DNA of 63,733 nucleotides, the filler included, from Octopus bimaculoides (Eukaryota), in assembly GCF_001194135.2 (NCBI RefSeq). It is 5 parts of 5 records of this genome, joined end to end, with 100 filler letters (N's around TTAATTAATTAA, not from the genome) between each part and the next. Parts side by side here need not be neighbours in the genome. Positions count along the whole stretch, not along the records: positions 51,560 to 62,368 come from NC_069005.1; positions 62,469 to 63,733 come from NC_068995.1; 3 more parts are not named here. The stretch is one strand, 5' to 3'. The notes beneath the pieces were generated by a model. It was not told the DNA's origin. It ran no database searches and worked only from the letters and a program-made list of their open reading frames with translations. Numbering within the stretch: the stretch's first letter is position 1; every line of letters begins with the position of its first letter. Positions 52,946-63,733 of this stretch are shown piece by piece. The translations under genes were made by a program, and so were the position numbers.

Positions 52946-53535
52946 GTGTGTGTGTGTGTGTGGTGCAGGAATATTTAAAAAACAACTTATTTTCCTTGTC
53001 ATCAGGTATGGATGATCTTTTCTGTTGAGCTTTCAGTTTTCAATTCCTTTTTGCTTCATACCAAATTGAAAAAAAGTTTCACTTAATTTTAAAATTTCAT
53101 AAAGTGAAAGCGAAACAGAAAAGATCCGGTATGGGACTTCGAAGGGGCCGCTCAGTATGTTTACTTTTCAAAAGTAAGACAAAATTGTATGGTTATGAGG
53201 TTGGCAGACGAGATAGAAAGAACGTGTAAGAGAAAGAAAGATGGGGAAACAGTATGATAAGAAAGAGAAAGTAGAGAAGACAAGGGGAGAAACCGGGAAA
53301 CAGAGATAGTTATCTATGTATATAGAGAGAGGTTGAGGTAAGAATCAGAGAGAATGTATAGAGCAGTCATTTGCGACTTGCGGGATTTTCAGAAGGGGAC
53401 GCCTAACGAAAACATTGCCGTGGATTTCAACAGCAAGGCCCGCCTAATGATGGTCCGTATCTCATGCAGCTCGCTTCTCGAGAAATGTTGACCATGCCTG
53501 GGTTAGTGAGTGGCAAAGAGAGAGCTAGAAAGAGT

Positions 53536-53588
<53 letters not shown>

Positions 53589-54723
53589 GCGGTGAAAAGA
53601 NNNNNNNNNNAATTAAAAACGAAACCCCCTCCCCCCCAACTCCACTTCAGTCCTGTACATCAAATATCAATAAAATTAGGTTTGAAATTAAATGCAAGGT
53701 AAACTTTATATACACACACACACACACGCACGCACACACACATACATACATACGTACGTACGTACATACAGACATAAGACAGACAGACAGACAGACAGAT
53801 ATTCTTTTGATAAGAATACAGATGAAACTAACATTACATTGCATTTTTTCAAGTCACCAAAATAAAAAATTTTAAAAATAATAATAGCAATAACAAAGAA
53901 ATAAAATATAAAAACTTATGCATTATTAATCAATTAATTATCCACGTTACTGTCGCACGGCACATAGTCTTGTCTTACGTTATAAAATATATTATGATTT
54001 CATACACACATATATATACGTGCACTAAAAGGTATTCCATTCAAGTTTATATTAACAGACAGAGCAGGTGAGTGTACTGTATGTACGTGACAATAAATCA
54101 GAGAGAAAAAGAAGAGAGTGGATCCGTTGTATATATATGTAGTTATATACTGAAATAAATATATATGGATACATTTATACACATGAACACAAAAATATGG
54201 CCAGATGTGTGCGAAAAGAACTGTGGTGGGTACATGTAGAAAACAATATGGAATTCAATATATATAGAGAGAGCAGCATATAAAGAACTTTATATTATAG
54301 AAATACACCGGTGTGTGTGTGTGTGTGTGTATGTATGTGTGCGTGCGCGCGTATGTTTGTATATATATATATAAGGGGTTGCATGTATAATACAAGCTAC
54401 ACAAAAATATGCGGAGGCATACTACGGCGATTTAGTTGGAGCTAAGTTTATTTAGGGGTGGACACGAGTTATATATGGAAAGGTGGGGGGAAAAGACATT
54501 GAGCGAACATCTATGTGTGTATGTGTGTGTGTGTGTGTGTGCGCGGTTATTTAAGGTGCGTGTGTAGCTATATTAATTATATATATATATATATGCACAC
54601 ACAAATGAGCCTGTGTGTGTGTGTGTGTGTGTGTGTTTATTGTAGGTTAAATAAATGTTTATTGTTAATACATAAACGTGTGAGTATATGAGAGTAAAAG
54701 AGAGGAAGAGGGGGTGAATAAAG

Positions 54724-54755
<32 letters not shown>

Positions 54756-54808
54756 ATACAGTGTATATGTAATCAGGAAGAGGAGAATACAAAATGTGAT
54801 TAAACTAC

Positions 54809-54917
54809 CTTAAACAATTCTGGTGCCAGACTGCATCGAGTGCATGTTCAATATCAGTCGACGTATTGTCCACGGAAATGGCAACTGTACATCCAGGGCA
54901 ATGTGGCAGTTCCCCAG
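54809..54917 (-). CDS. LIMK: Internal exon encoding the first half of a LIM domain; LIM-domain kinase-like exon 2
   Basis: acceptor tctctctctttgttgtctcgacAG, donor AG|GTAGTT; 109 nt, phase 1 to phase 2, no stop; (A)GELPHCPGCTVAISVDNTSTDIEHALDAVWHQNCL(R) = C-x2-C-x21-H-x2-C; ELP.C..C...AL...WH..C.R| matches my recollection of vertebrate LIMK1 exon 2 in sequence and phase. Confidence 0.75.
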
Positions 54918-55001
54918 CTGTCGAGACAACAAAGAGAGAGAGAGAATAATAGAATATAATTATTATAATAGCAAAACAAAAACGTAAACTTTAATCACAC
55001 G

Positions 55002-55038
<37 letters not shown>

Positions 55039-55177
55039 ACGCACACACACGTGTATAGATATATAAGGATTGTTTGAAGTGGTGTACAGGTTTTATATAT
55101 TAGGAACAAGATGAGATTTGGGTACAAACTATTTAGCGCAATCCCTAAAAGGGGACGGAATCGCTAAATAAATATCA

Positions 55178-55600
55178 GTCATTTGACTGCGGCCATGCTG
55201 GAGCACCGCCTTTTGTCGAACAAATNNNNNNNNNNNNNNNNNNNNNNNNNNNNNNNNNNNNNNNNNNNNNNNNNNNNNNNNNNNNNNNNNNNNNNNNNNN
55301 NNNNNNNATTCTATCGGTCAGTTTGTCGAACCGCTAAGTTACGGGAACGTAAACACACCAACATCGGTTGTCAAGCGATGGTAGGGGGACAAACACAGAC
55401 ACACAAACATATACATATATATATATATATACACATAAGAATCTACGACGGGCTTCTTTTAGTTTCCGTCTACCAAATCCACTCACGAGGCTTTGGTCGG
55501 CCCGAGGCTATAGTAGAAAACATTTGCCCAAGGTGACATGCAGTAGGACTGAACCCAGAACCATGTGGTTGGCAAGCAAACTACTTACCACACAGCCACT
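55178..55600 (-). mobile_element. SINE family A copy
   Basis: family A motifs through gaacccagaaccatgtggttggcaagc. Confidence 0.9.
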
Positions 55601-56167
55601 CCTATATTTACGTAAAGGTAAGATCTAAGGATCAAGGTGTAGGAAGGTAGTACGCCTCGAGCAGTCGGTAGAAAGGACAAAAAATAACTTTCCGGAACAA
55701 TGGTGGTTTACTGACGTAGAGGGTTGTAAATATTTCCCGTATCGATGTTCGATAAGCTTTAAAAACTGTTTTGTAACTTACGGTTAGCAGCAGGGGTTGC
55801 TGTGTAAGCGAACAGAAATCCAAAATTAGAGAATGGGGTGAATAAAATCCAGGTGACATATATTTCATAGCTAGCAGAACCTTGGAAGTAGTAATTATCC
55901 AAAAACGAGGGGTAATCCGCTAGCTACTCGTCGGGCCAAAGATACCTTCATCAAAATGAAGTTTAAGGTTCTGCTAGCTCTAAAACACATGTAGCATGGA
56001 ATTTATCGACTCCACTCCCTAATTTTGCTTTTCGGTTGTAAATTGCGAATAGCCACCTTAATATGTAATTCTCACTTCACCATTTTCGGAATCAGTCAAT
56101 GTTCCCTATGGTGTTCTCTATAAGACTGACAAGGTGAATTAAGTTTTTAAACCTCGGCGACAGGGTA

Positions 56168-56224
56168 ATGGGTCACTGATGAAAATTAACCAAATCTGAA
56201 AATCAGTACTGATATGACTCCATC
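56168..56224 (+). ncRNA. Degenerate type I hammerhead-like motif
   Basis: ATGGGTCA-CTGATGA-(weak stem II)-GAAA-ATCAGTACTGAT-A-TGACTCCAT; stems I and III pair well, but there is an extra core A and stem II is poor. Confidence 0.3.
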
Positions 56225-57604
56225 TCGCTTGCCCTAGGGAGCTTGTCTCCCTTGTTTAAGTTCCCTTGTTTATGAGAGAGATGTTATCAATTCAGTATTA
56301 GTTAAAACTTCTTAAATTCTAAGACGGAACCTAAACACTTCAAACTAATTATTGTATTCATTGCATTTAGAGACTACACTTCCAGCCACAATTACCACAA
56401 GAGGTTAAGAGAACTTCTACATGGTTGCATGACCGGCTAAAGATAGCATCTAAACCTCTTAAATAACACGTTGCTGTCTTTAATATAGAGGTCGCATTAA
56501 AATAGAAGTCCTATTGTATAACTCACGCATTGTATAAGTACGTCTTAGAAATAGATTTTTTTGCTGAATCAGAATTGCCCAGGAACAAAGCAACAAGCTT
56601 GGGTATTTTGATTTGTGTGGATGTTGTCATGAATAAATAACATGTATAGATTTCAGTCAAGGTATCCTAGCATTTTGGGTGTATCTTTAAGCTAAGTCCA
56701 CTCTCTTGCAAGCATTCAAGCCAGACTCCTTGTTTGAAGATACCTTCTTCCTGCCCGCTTAATCAAGCGTTGTTATCATTAACCGTAACTCTAGTGTGTG
56801 ATTAATCACCTGATGAACAAAAATTCATAATCACACTTCAGTTCCTCACATAGACTACCATTTCGTTTCACTCTCGTAACTAATGCTTGTATGGTGGAGT
56901 AGTAGACAAGGAAACCTCGTCGTATTTACCCAATTTCTAAGATCTGCCAGCCAAATTTTCTTAAAACCACACCCTACCGTTTTACATGAGGAAGAAGACA
57001 TTTGTCTTTGATAAGGTCCGTTAAATTAGGGCTTCCCTGATCGAGTAGGCAACAACCTTAAAGTGGGGAAATAGTGTCACAATTTTAACCATTTAAACCA
57101 ACATGAAGTTATCAGTGTTAAAGAATATAAGAAAACTATTGAGAAAAAGATTTTTTTTTTAATACGTAGAAGCTTCTACATGGCCGTTCGTCCTGGAAAT
57201 AGCAGTCAAATCTTGCTCAAATAACACTTTCCTGTTTTGGAAAGAGAGGCATGCATTCATGGGAGAAATGCAGCCTGCAGGACTTTCTCAATGGCACACT
57301 TTGAATTTATTCAAACCATGCCTCAGGCAGCCCGCTTCTGGAAAAAGTCGTCCATTCAATGGTGTGGTCTTCGAAAGCATTATACTTGAACAGAAAGAAA
57401 ACGGACGGCCTTTTGACTGGGAGCCTACTGGTTCAGAGCTGACTCGTATAACAGAGTCGATGTAAAAGTGTTTATGGGTAACTTAAACACTTTGTAGAAG
57501 GAAACGGGTTTCAACTTCCTAATCCTGTTTTGTCTCATGATTGATTAAAAAGGCAAAAACGAAGTATTTCAAAGTAACACTATTTGGTTTTAATTCATTA
57601 TTAC

Positions 57605-57835
57605 GGTACTACTAAAGCAGCGCGGACCCGAACGCGCAGTCGCGCGTCCGCGCTAGCTAGTCGTGAGTGGTCGATCCTAACCCTAATCCTAAACACGTAC
57701 TCATTTGCACACGCGGGTTAGGGATAGGGTTAGGGTTAGGGACAGGGTTAGGGTTAGGGTTAGGATCGACCACTCAAGACTAGCTAGCGCGGACGCGCGA
57801 TTGCGCGTTCGGGTCCGCGCTGCTTTAGTAGTACC
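57605..57835. mobile_element. Foldback MITE with 88-bp TIRs, 9-bp TSD and internal telomeric repeats (Mutator/MULE-like by TSD)
   Basis: TSD cattattac at 57596-57604 and 57836-57844; TIRs 57605-57692 and 57748-57835 (3 mismatches); CCCTAA on the left, (TTAGGG)-like x8 on the right. Confidence 0.92.
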
Positions 57836-58949
57836 CATTATTACTATAGAAAATTTCATTGAAAGATAAGTTAGGAGGAAACAAAGCCAACTCGCATGAG
57901 TTTTCCGAAACTCCTCTTCCTGCCTACAGAATTTTTTTTTTTTTTTCGAAACAAATTCCGATATAATTGGAATTTACACCGTCTGGAGCGTATTTATAGA
58001 AAAAAATTTCATTAAAAAATATCCATTTTTCTGGAAATTATGAGAAATCAAAGTCGGCGGAGAGGCACATGTGTAGGAAAGCCTTACAACTAGTGTGTTT
58101 ACGTCCCCCGTAACTTAGCGGTTCGACAAAAATGACTGACGGTATAAGTACTACGCTTAACAAAAAAAATACTGGGCTTGATTTGACTCCATGGCTGCAA
58201 TCTAATGATTAAAACCATAAACCCCCTGTAACTAGTGAGAGGAAATTAAAGCTCGGGCAGATCTCACCGAAATACTTTCGACAGAGAGGAGTCCGCAAAA
58301 AGTATCCATTAGCTGTTGTCAATGGATTAATGTCTACATCACACTGTCACCCCAATAGGGTCTGTCGTTCTGGCGGACAATTTCCATCCACCAAATTTCT
58401 CTCACAAAGGTTCCGTTGAGCCTTGAAAAAAGTGCCACGCAATGGGATTGAACGCGTGGTTGTAAAGCTAGTTTCTTAAGCACATAATTAAAGCTTTAGT
58501 CAATTCAGTCGAGCGAATTACGTTCACCTCTCTCTCTCTCACACACACACACAAACAAAATAATAGAGAACAAAGGCCATTGAGCTTGGAAAAAGAAATC
58601 CTGATTTATGTTCCAAAGGTAACAAAAGTGAAACTGCAAGAGATAGCCTAAGTGAATTCGGACAAAATACCAGGAATCGGTTTCAAATTTCGGTTGAAGC
58701 CTATAACATCACAGGCTTTGGCAAAGACATGGACGTAACATTTAATTTTTCTTCTTCCCTAAAGGACCCTGTCATAAGGCCGTCATTTCGCGCCTAAATA
58801 GTAAAGATGGAGTCTCTAAGTGGTCGTTCATTATGCTAGAAATAAGAACCAAATCCCTCTCAAATTCTATCTACCGTCTGAAAAAAAACCCCGCATGGAA
58901 TGATGTAATATAAAGCAAGCAATATCATAAGAAAAAGCGAGAAGAGGTG

Positions 58950-59857
58950 GTCGTGGTTGGAATGCTTTTGATTGTAGGCCTGCCCGATCAGAGTTTACTC
59001 GGACTAAACAACTAAAACAACACAAGTAGCAAATTGCTTGCGCCAAAAGCCTCTTCATGGTCGTTTTGAATAATGTGACCCTAAGAATTACTGTTCTGAA
59101 AAAATAAACAAGATGGTCACGGTTAGAAGACCTATTGATCGCCGACGAATTTAGTGGAGTTGGCGCTCGTCTATATGTTTAAATGGAAATATTTAAATAT
59201 TTCTTCCGATAAATTAACATTTTCAACACTCTTTAATATAATTAATAAACGATAATTACTTTTCAATCATTTAAAATAGTTAATGGTCCTTCTACGACGA
59301 AGCTTTAGCTAAAAGAGTTTCCACATGGTCTTTGGTTCTGCTAGGCATAGTAGCTAGATCTCCCTCAAATCACACCCTATTCTAGAATAAAAACTAAAAA
59401 GATTGTCGGAGGTATAGTAAGAAGGATCTGGTATCGAAAGATCGCCTATACTATGTCTTCAAATAAAATTACTACTGTTGTCATGGTTGGACTGTCTTTA
59501 ATCAAAGGTGTGCTTGACTATACGGCCGACCTAGGGCTAAACAACAAAGCGTCGGTCCCTTCTGTTTTCTGGAATACCAAACAAATCCTCTTTGTGTTTT
59601 GTTTTGCGCACAAATATAAACAAATACATATAATTATAATTTGGAACGGTGTTGTTTTGTTTTGATTTGATTTCCTATTTTGTGTGTGTAGATCATTTTT
59701 AAGTGTGTATATTTATACATACATACATACATGCATGCATAAATACATACATACATGCATAAATACATACGTACATACATACATACATGCATAAATACAT
59801 ACATAAATACATACATAAATAAATACATACATACATACATAAATACATAGACTTGTG

Positions 59858-59888
<31 letters not shown>

Positions 59889-61330
59889 ACACTCACAAAT
59901 CTATGTATGAATAAATTTATACACACACACACACTGAAAGACATATTTGGCTAGTAGAGAAGTTCTCCAGAACAATGTGGTGGCTGAAAAAAAAAAGGTG
60001 TGATGGCCACGACTGGAATGCTTTTGAAACAAAAAGCACATTCAGAGCTCAATTATAATCAAACAACAACGGGGTTGATAACCTGTATACTACTGCAGGG
60101 GATAGGGGTAACGGTAGCCGGGAATATTTACCAAATAGATTCAATAAATATCAGCTTTTTTCTCTGCAAATTTGTGGACTTGTGCCAATATAACAAGTTT
60201 AATCTAATAATGAAGAGATTTTCTCCATAGCGAAAATTGAGTGCGCAAAAAATGCTCTACTTTTCTATCATTTTAATTTCTTTTTCTATTTCACTTTTGC
60301 TTTCCTTTATTTTTTTAAGGGTTTTGGTATCAAAATTTAAGGTCTACTATATATTAAGATTTGCCCACAACGTCCACATGTTGTTTAGCCCCAGGTCAGG
60401 CTCAATGGAACCAACTTACAAATCAAATACGATCCAGCTAAGATTGCCCTGTCTTTATTTTTTTCCCCCCTTTTTATTTTTTCTTAGTAATATTTAGACA
60501 TTAGACATAATTCAAAGTATTTCTTTCTTTTCTCAGAACGAGTATTTCTTTCTTTTCTCAGAGACGTAACTGCTATTTCTAGCAGATCGTGTGAACCACG
60601 TAGAGGCGTCCTCGTCGGCTCATATGTCGACATATTAACGTTGACTTCTTTTTCTTCTCATTTTCAGTCCTTTTATAATTCAAATTCGAACTAAATACCG
60701 ACAAAACTAAATGATAAACTCAAATGAAATTTAAAACAATATTAATGATAATACTAATAACAAAAACATCTATGATAATAATAATAATAATAAACTTATT
60801 TTCTAAGGACAGTCCTGTACCAGTCGAATGGCGGTGATTTTATACCAGAAAAATGCCGATTAATTTATTTAACTGTGGCGGGTAACCATAACCACTTAAT
60901 ATTGGAGCCAATGAAGGAGACCCCACATAGTGGCGCGAACCATTAGAAATAGCAGCCAGGTCTCTTTCAGATGATACCCTATAACCAGTGCCTTCTTTAG
61001 GCAGGGGCGCACTGAGTGGTTGCCCTGGACCAGAACGACTCCACAGGATCCAATATTGATTAATGTATTGCTGTGACTCACCGTTAATAAATAGACATTA
61101 TAGGATCGTATCCGTTTGTTTTGGCTCCGGGGCCCATAAAGTTAAGGCCGGCTCCGCTCGCCCTTCTTAAAACAAAACACACACATACACATACATATAT
61201 ACATACATACACAAACAAACATTGGATAAATAATCCTGGATCCCCCCCCCCCTGTCCATAAAAGAAAAAAGACTGGTTGGTCACAGCTAGAATGCTTTTG
61301 ATCACAGGTCTGCTCGATCTGGGGATAAAC
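58950..61330. repeat. Several decayed copies of an old interspersed repeat
   Basis: ggtcg/atggYtggaatgcttttgatc-like motif near 58960, 59480, 60005 and 61280; boundaries uncertain. Confidence 0.45.
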
Positions 61331-61562
61331 TGAGAGAAGGGAATCTAAAAAAAAACAAATCATTTTAGCCGTATTTGACAGGTACATATAAGTTTATCGA
61401 CACCCCGCCCATTCAGGAAGAATACAAATCAACGTGGAACCCCGGTGAGCAATAGAACTACAAAACAGGAAAAAATAATGGCGTTAACAATAATATTAAT
61501 AATAACAATGTTGATATTAATTATAGCAATGATGTTCCCATCGAAAGAGGGTAACTTCTCAC

Positions 61563-61593
61563 CTTGGGATGTCGGAAGACCAGCCAAAGACAT
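61563..61593 (-). CDS. Candidate first coding exon of the LIMK-like gene (MSLAGLPTSQ + phase-1 G)
   Basis: aagATG with an in-frame TGA two codons upstream; donor CAAG|GTGAGA; phase 1 joins exon 54809-54917 to give MSLAGLPTSQAGELPHC; possible acceptor tttacAG at 61651-61657. Confidence 0.45.
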
Positions 61594-61924
61594 CTTACTT
61601 CATAGTGTCAACAACTAACTTTTCTCTACTTTATCAAATAGAGAGCGACACTGTAAACAGACCAACACACAGACACACCACTGACAGACAGGTCGACAGA
61701 GGCACAGGACACGCAGGCAGACCGACAGACAGACAGAGAGACCGACAGGCAGGACAGACGAGCTGTTAGGTCAGCAGGCAAGGAACCAACCCGACGTATA
61801 GATAAGGAAAGAGCGCCCACACGTATACACACACACAGATATACATATATATATATATATATATGAAGCCAAGCAACACAAACACACACACGCATGCACA
61901 CAGACACACATACGTATGTGTGTG

Positions 61925-61955
<31 letters not shown>

Positions 61956-62318
61956 GTGGAGAAACAAAGAGAGAGAGAATGTGGAGAGAAGGAGAAACAG
62001 AGAAACGCAAATATATCTTCATACACACATAGACACACACACACACACACACACACTCACTCATTCACAAGCATACATCCTTATACCACTCCCATTCACA
62101 AAATAATATACACACAATATACACACAAACACATATACACGTTCACACATACACATATACACATAAACGTATAGTGTCAAGAGAGAAGGATAAAAAAAAA
62201 ACATACACATATGATCACAAACTACACAATTCACACATCTGGAAACGAAGCCAACACCATGTGTATTTATGATGGTGATGGTGGAGGAACACAAATATAC
62301 ATACATACATACATACAT

Positions 62319-62368
<50 letters not shown>

Positions 62369-62468
62369 NNNNNNNNNNNNNNNNNNNNNNNNNNNNNNNN
62401 NNNNNNNNNNNNTTAATTAATTAANNNNNNNNNNNNNNNNNNNNNNNNNNNNNNNNNNNNNNNNNNNN
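62369..62468. other. Artificial scaffold linker N44-TTAATTAATTAA-N44
   Basis: identical structure. Confidence 0.95.
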
Positions 62469-62552
<84 letters not shown>

Positions 62553-62679
62553 AATATATAAAAACACTACGCTCATTATTATATTAGGAGATTATTATAT
62601 ACACAATAATTTATAATGATTCAGTCATTGTTTTTGAAAGTATCTCTTTCTCTCTCCCTCCTCTTACTATATGCTCTTT

Positions 62680-63270
62680 TACTTGTTTCAATCATTTGAC
62701 TGCGCCCATGCTGGAGCACCACCTTTAGTCGAGCAAATCTACCCCAGGACTTATTCATTGTAAGCCTAGTATTTATTCTATCAGTCTCTTTTACCGAACT
62801 GCTACGTTACGGGGGACATAAACACACCAGCATCGGTTGTCAAGCAATGTTGGGGGGGAGCAAACACAGACACACAAACACACACATATATATATACATA
62901 TATAAGACAGGCTTCTTTCAGTTTCCGTCTAATAAATCCACTCACAAGGCTTTGGTTGGCCTGAGGCTATAGTAGAAGACACTTGCCCAAGGTGCCATGA
63001 AGTGGGACTGAACCCGGACCCATGTGGTTGGTAAGCAAGCTACTTACCACAGCCACTCCTATGCCTATATACATATATTCTTTTATTTGTTTCAGTCATT
63101 TGACTACAGCCATGCTGGAGCACCGCTTTAGTCAAACAAATTGACCCCAGGACTTATTCTTTGTAAGCTTGGCACTTATTCTATCATTCTCTTTTGCTAA
63201 ACCACTAAGTTACGGGATGCAAACACACCAATATCAGTTGTCAAGCGATAGTGGGGAGAAAACAGACACA
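62680..63270 (-). mobile_element. Two tandem SINE family A copies (62680-63060 near full-length, 63075-63270 partial)
   Basis: family A motifs. Confidence 0.9.
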
Positions 63271-63383
63271 AAGACACACAAATACACATATACATATATA
63301 TGCGTGTGTGTATATATATACATATATATATGTGTGTGTGTGGTGTGTGTATATATATACATATATATATGTGTGTGTGGTGT

Positions 63384-63733
63384 GTGTCATCATCATCATC
63401 ATCATCGTTTAACGTCCGCTTTCCATGCTAGCATGGGTTGGACGATTTGACTGAGGACTGGTGAAACCGGATGGCAACACCAGGCTCCAGTCTGATTTGG
63501 CAGAGTTTCTACAGCTGGATGCCCTTCCTAACGCCAACCACTCAGAGAGTGTAGTGGGTGCTTTTACGTGTCACCCGCACGAAAACGGCCACGCTCGAAA
63601 TGGTGTCTTTTATGTGCCACCCGCACAAGCCAGTTCAGGGGCACTGGCAACGATCTCGCTCGAAAATCCTACAGGAGCCAGTCAGGCGGTACTGGCAACG
63701 GCCACGCTCAAAATGGTGCATCTCATGTGCCAC
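63384..63733 (-). mobile_element. RTE-type LINE/SINE 3' end with (GAT)n tail
   Basis: (cat)n, then cgtttaacgtccgc...ggatgcccttcctaacgccaacc, which I recall as an RTE 3'UTR-like motif. Confidence 0.6.

Noticed and set aside
52981-53010. Minus-strand CTGATGA-CAAG-GAAA
   Set aside because: No room for stem II and no stem I/III; chance match. CTGATGA hits at 5214, 5664 and 14187 were dismissed likewise
53380-53500. GC-rich unique segment as a possible LIMK exon 3
   Set aside because: No frame gives LIM Cys/His spacing; stops occur in the candidate frames
61082-61140. Strong minus-strand donor G|GTGAGT as an alternative LIMK first exon
   Set aside because: No in-frame ATG without an intervening stop in phase 1; could only be a non-coding exon
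44-63450. Dozens of long ORFs rich in H/T/Y/I, C/V/M, poly-L/I/S or X
   Set aside because: Translations of (CA)n, (CATA)n, (TA)n and trinucleotide microsatellites, or read-through of N gaps; no domain content

Overview
Repeat-saturated animal genomic DNA, about 15% N gaps. The SINE/LINE/microsatellite make-up points to a coleoid cephalopod, probably Octopus (inference). Nearly all ORFs in the supplied track are microsatellite or N-gap artefacts. Real protein-coding signal is limited to spliced exons. (1) The terminal exon of a Cys-loop, nicotinic acetylcholine receptor-like subunit lies on + (49673-50008; MX helix end, short intracellular loop, MA helix, TM4). (2) A LIM-domain exon absent from the ORF track lies on - (54809-54917) with LIM-kinase-like sequence and splice phases, plus a phase-compatible candidate start exon at 61563-61593. 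The rest is tRNA-derived SINEs (at least 3 families), decayed LINEs (RTE, Tx1/L1, R4/Dong), DNA-transposon MITEs (pogo/Tc2, hAT-Charlie), Penelope-like remnants with hammerhead-ribozyme cores, mini/microsatellites and four artificial 100-bp scaffold linkers. The most unusual elements are a young 231-bp foldback element with 88-bp TIRs, a perfect 9-bp target-site duplication and internal telomeric repeats facing outward (57605-57835), and a minimal hammerhead ribozyme inside an interleaved inverted-repeat unit (34651-35120).
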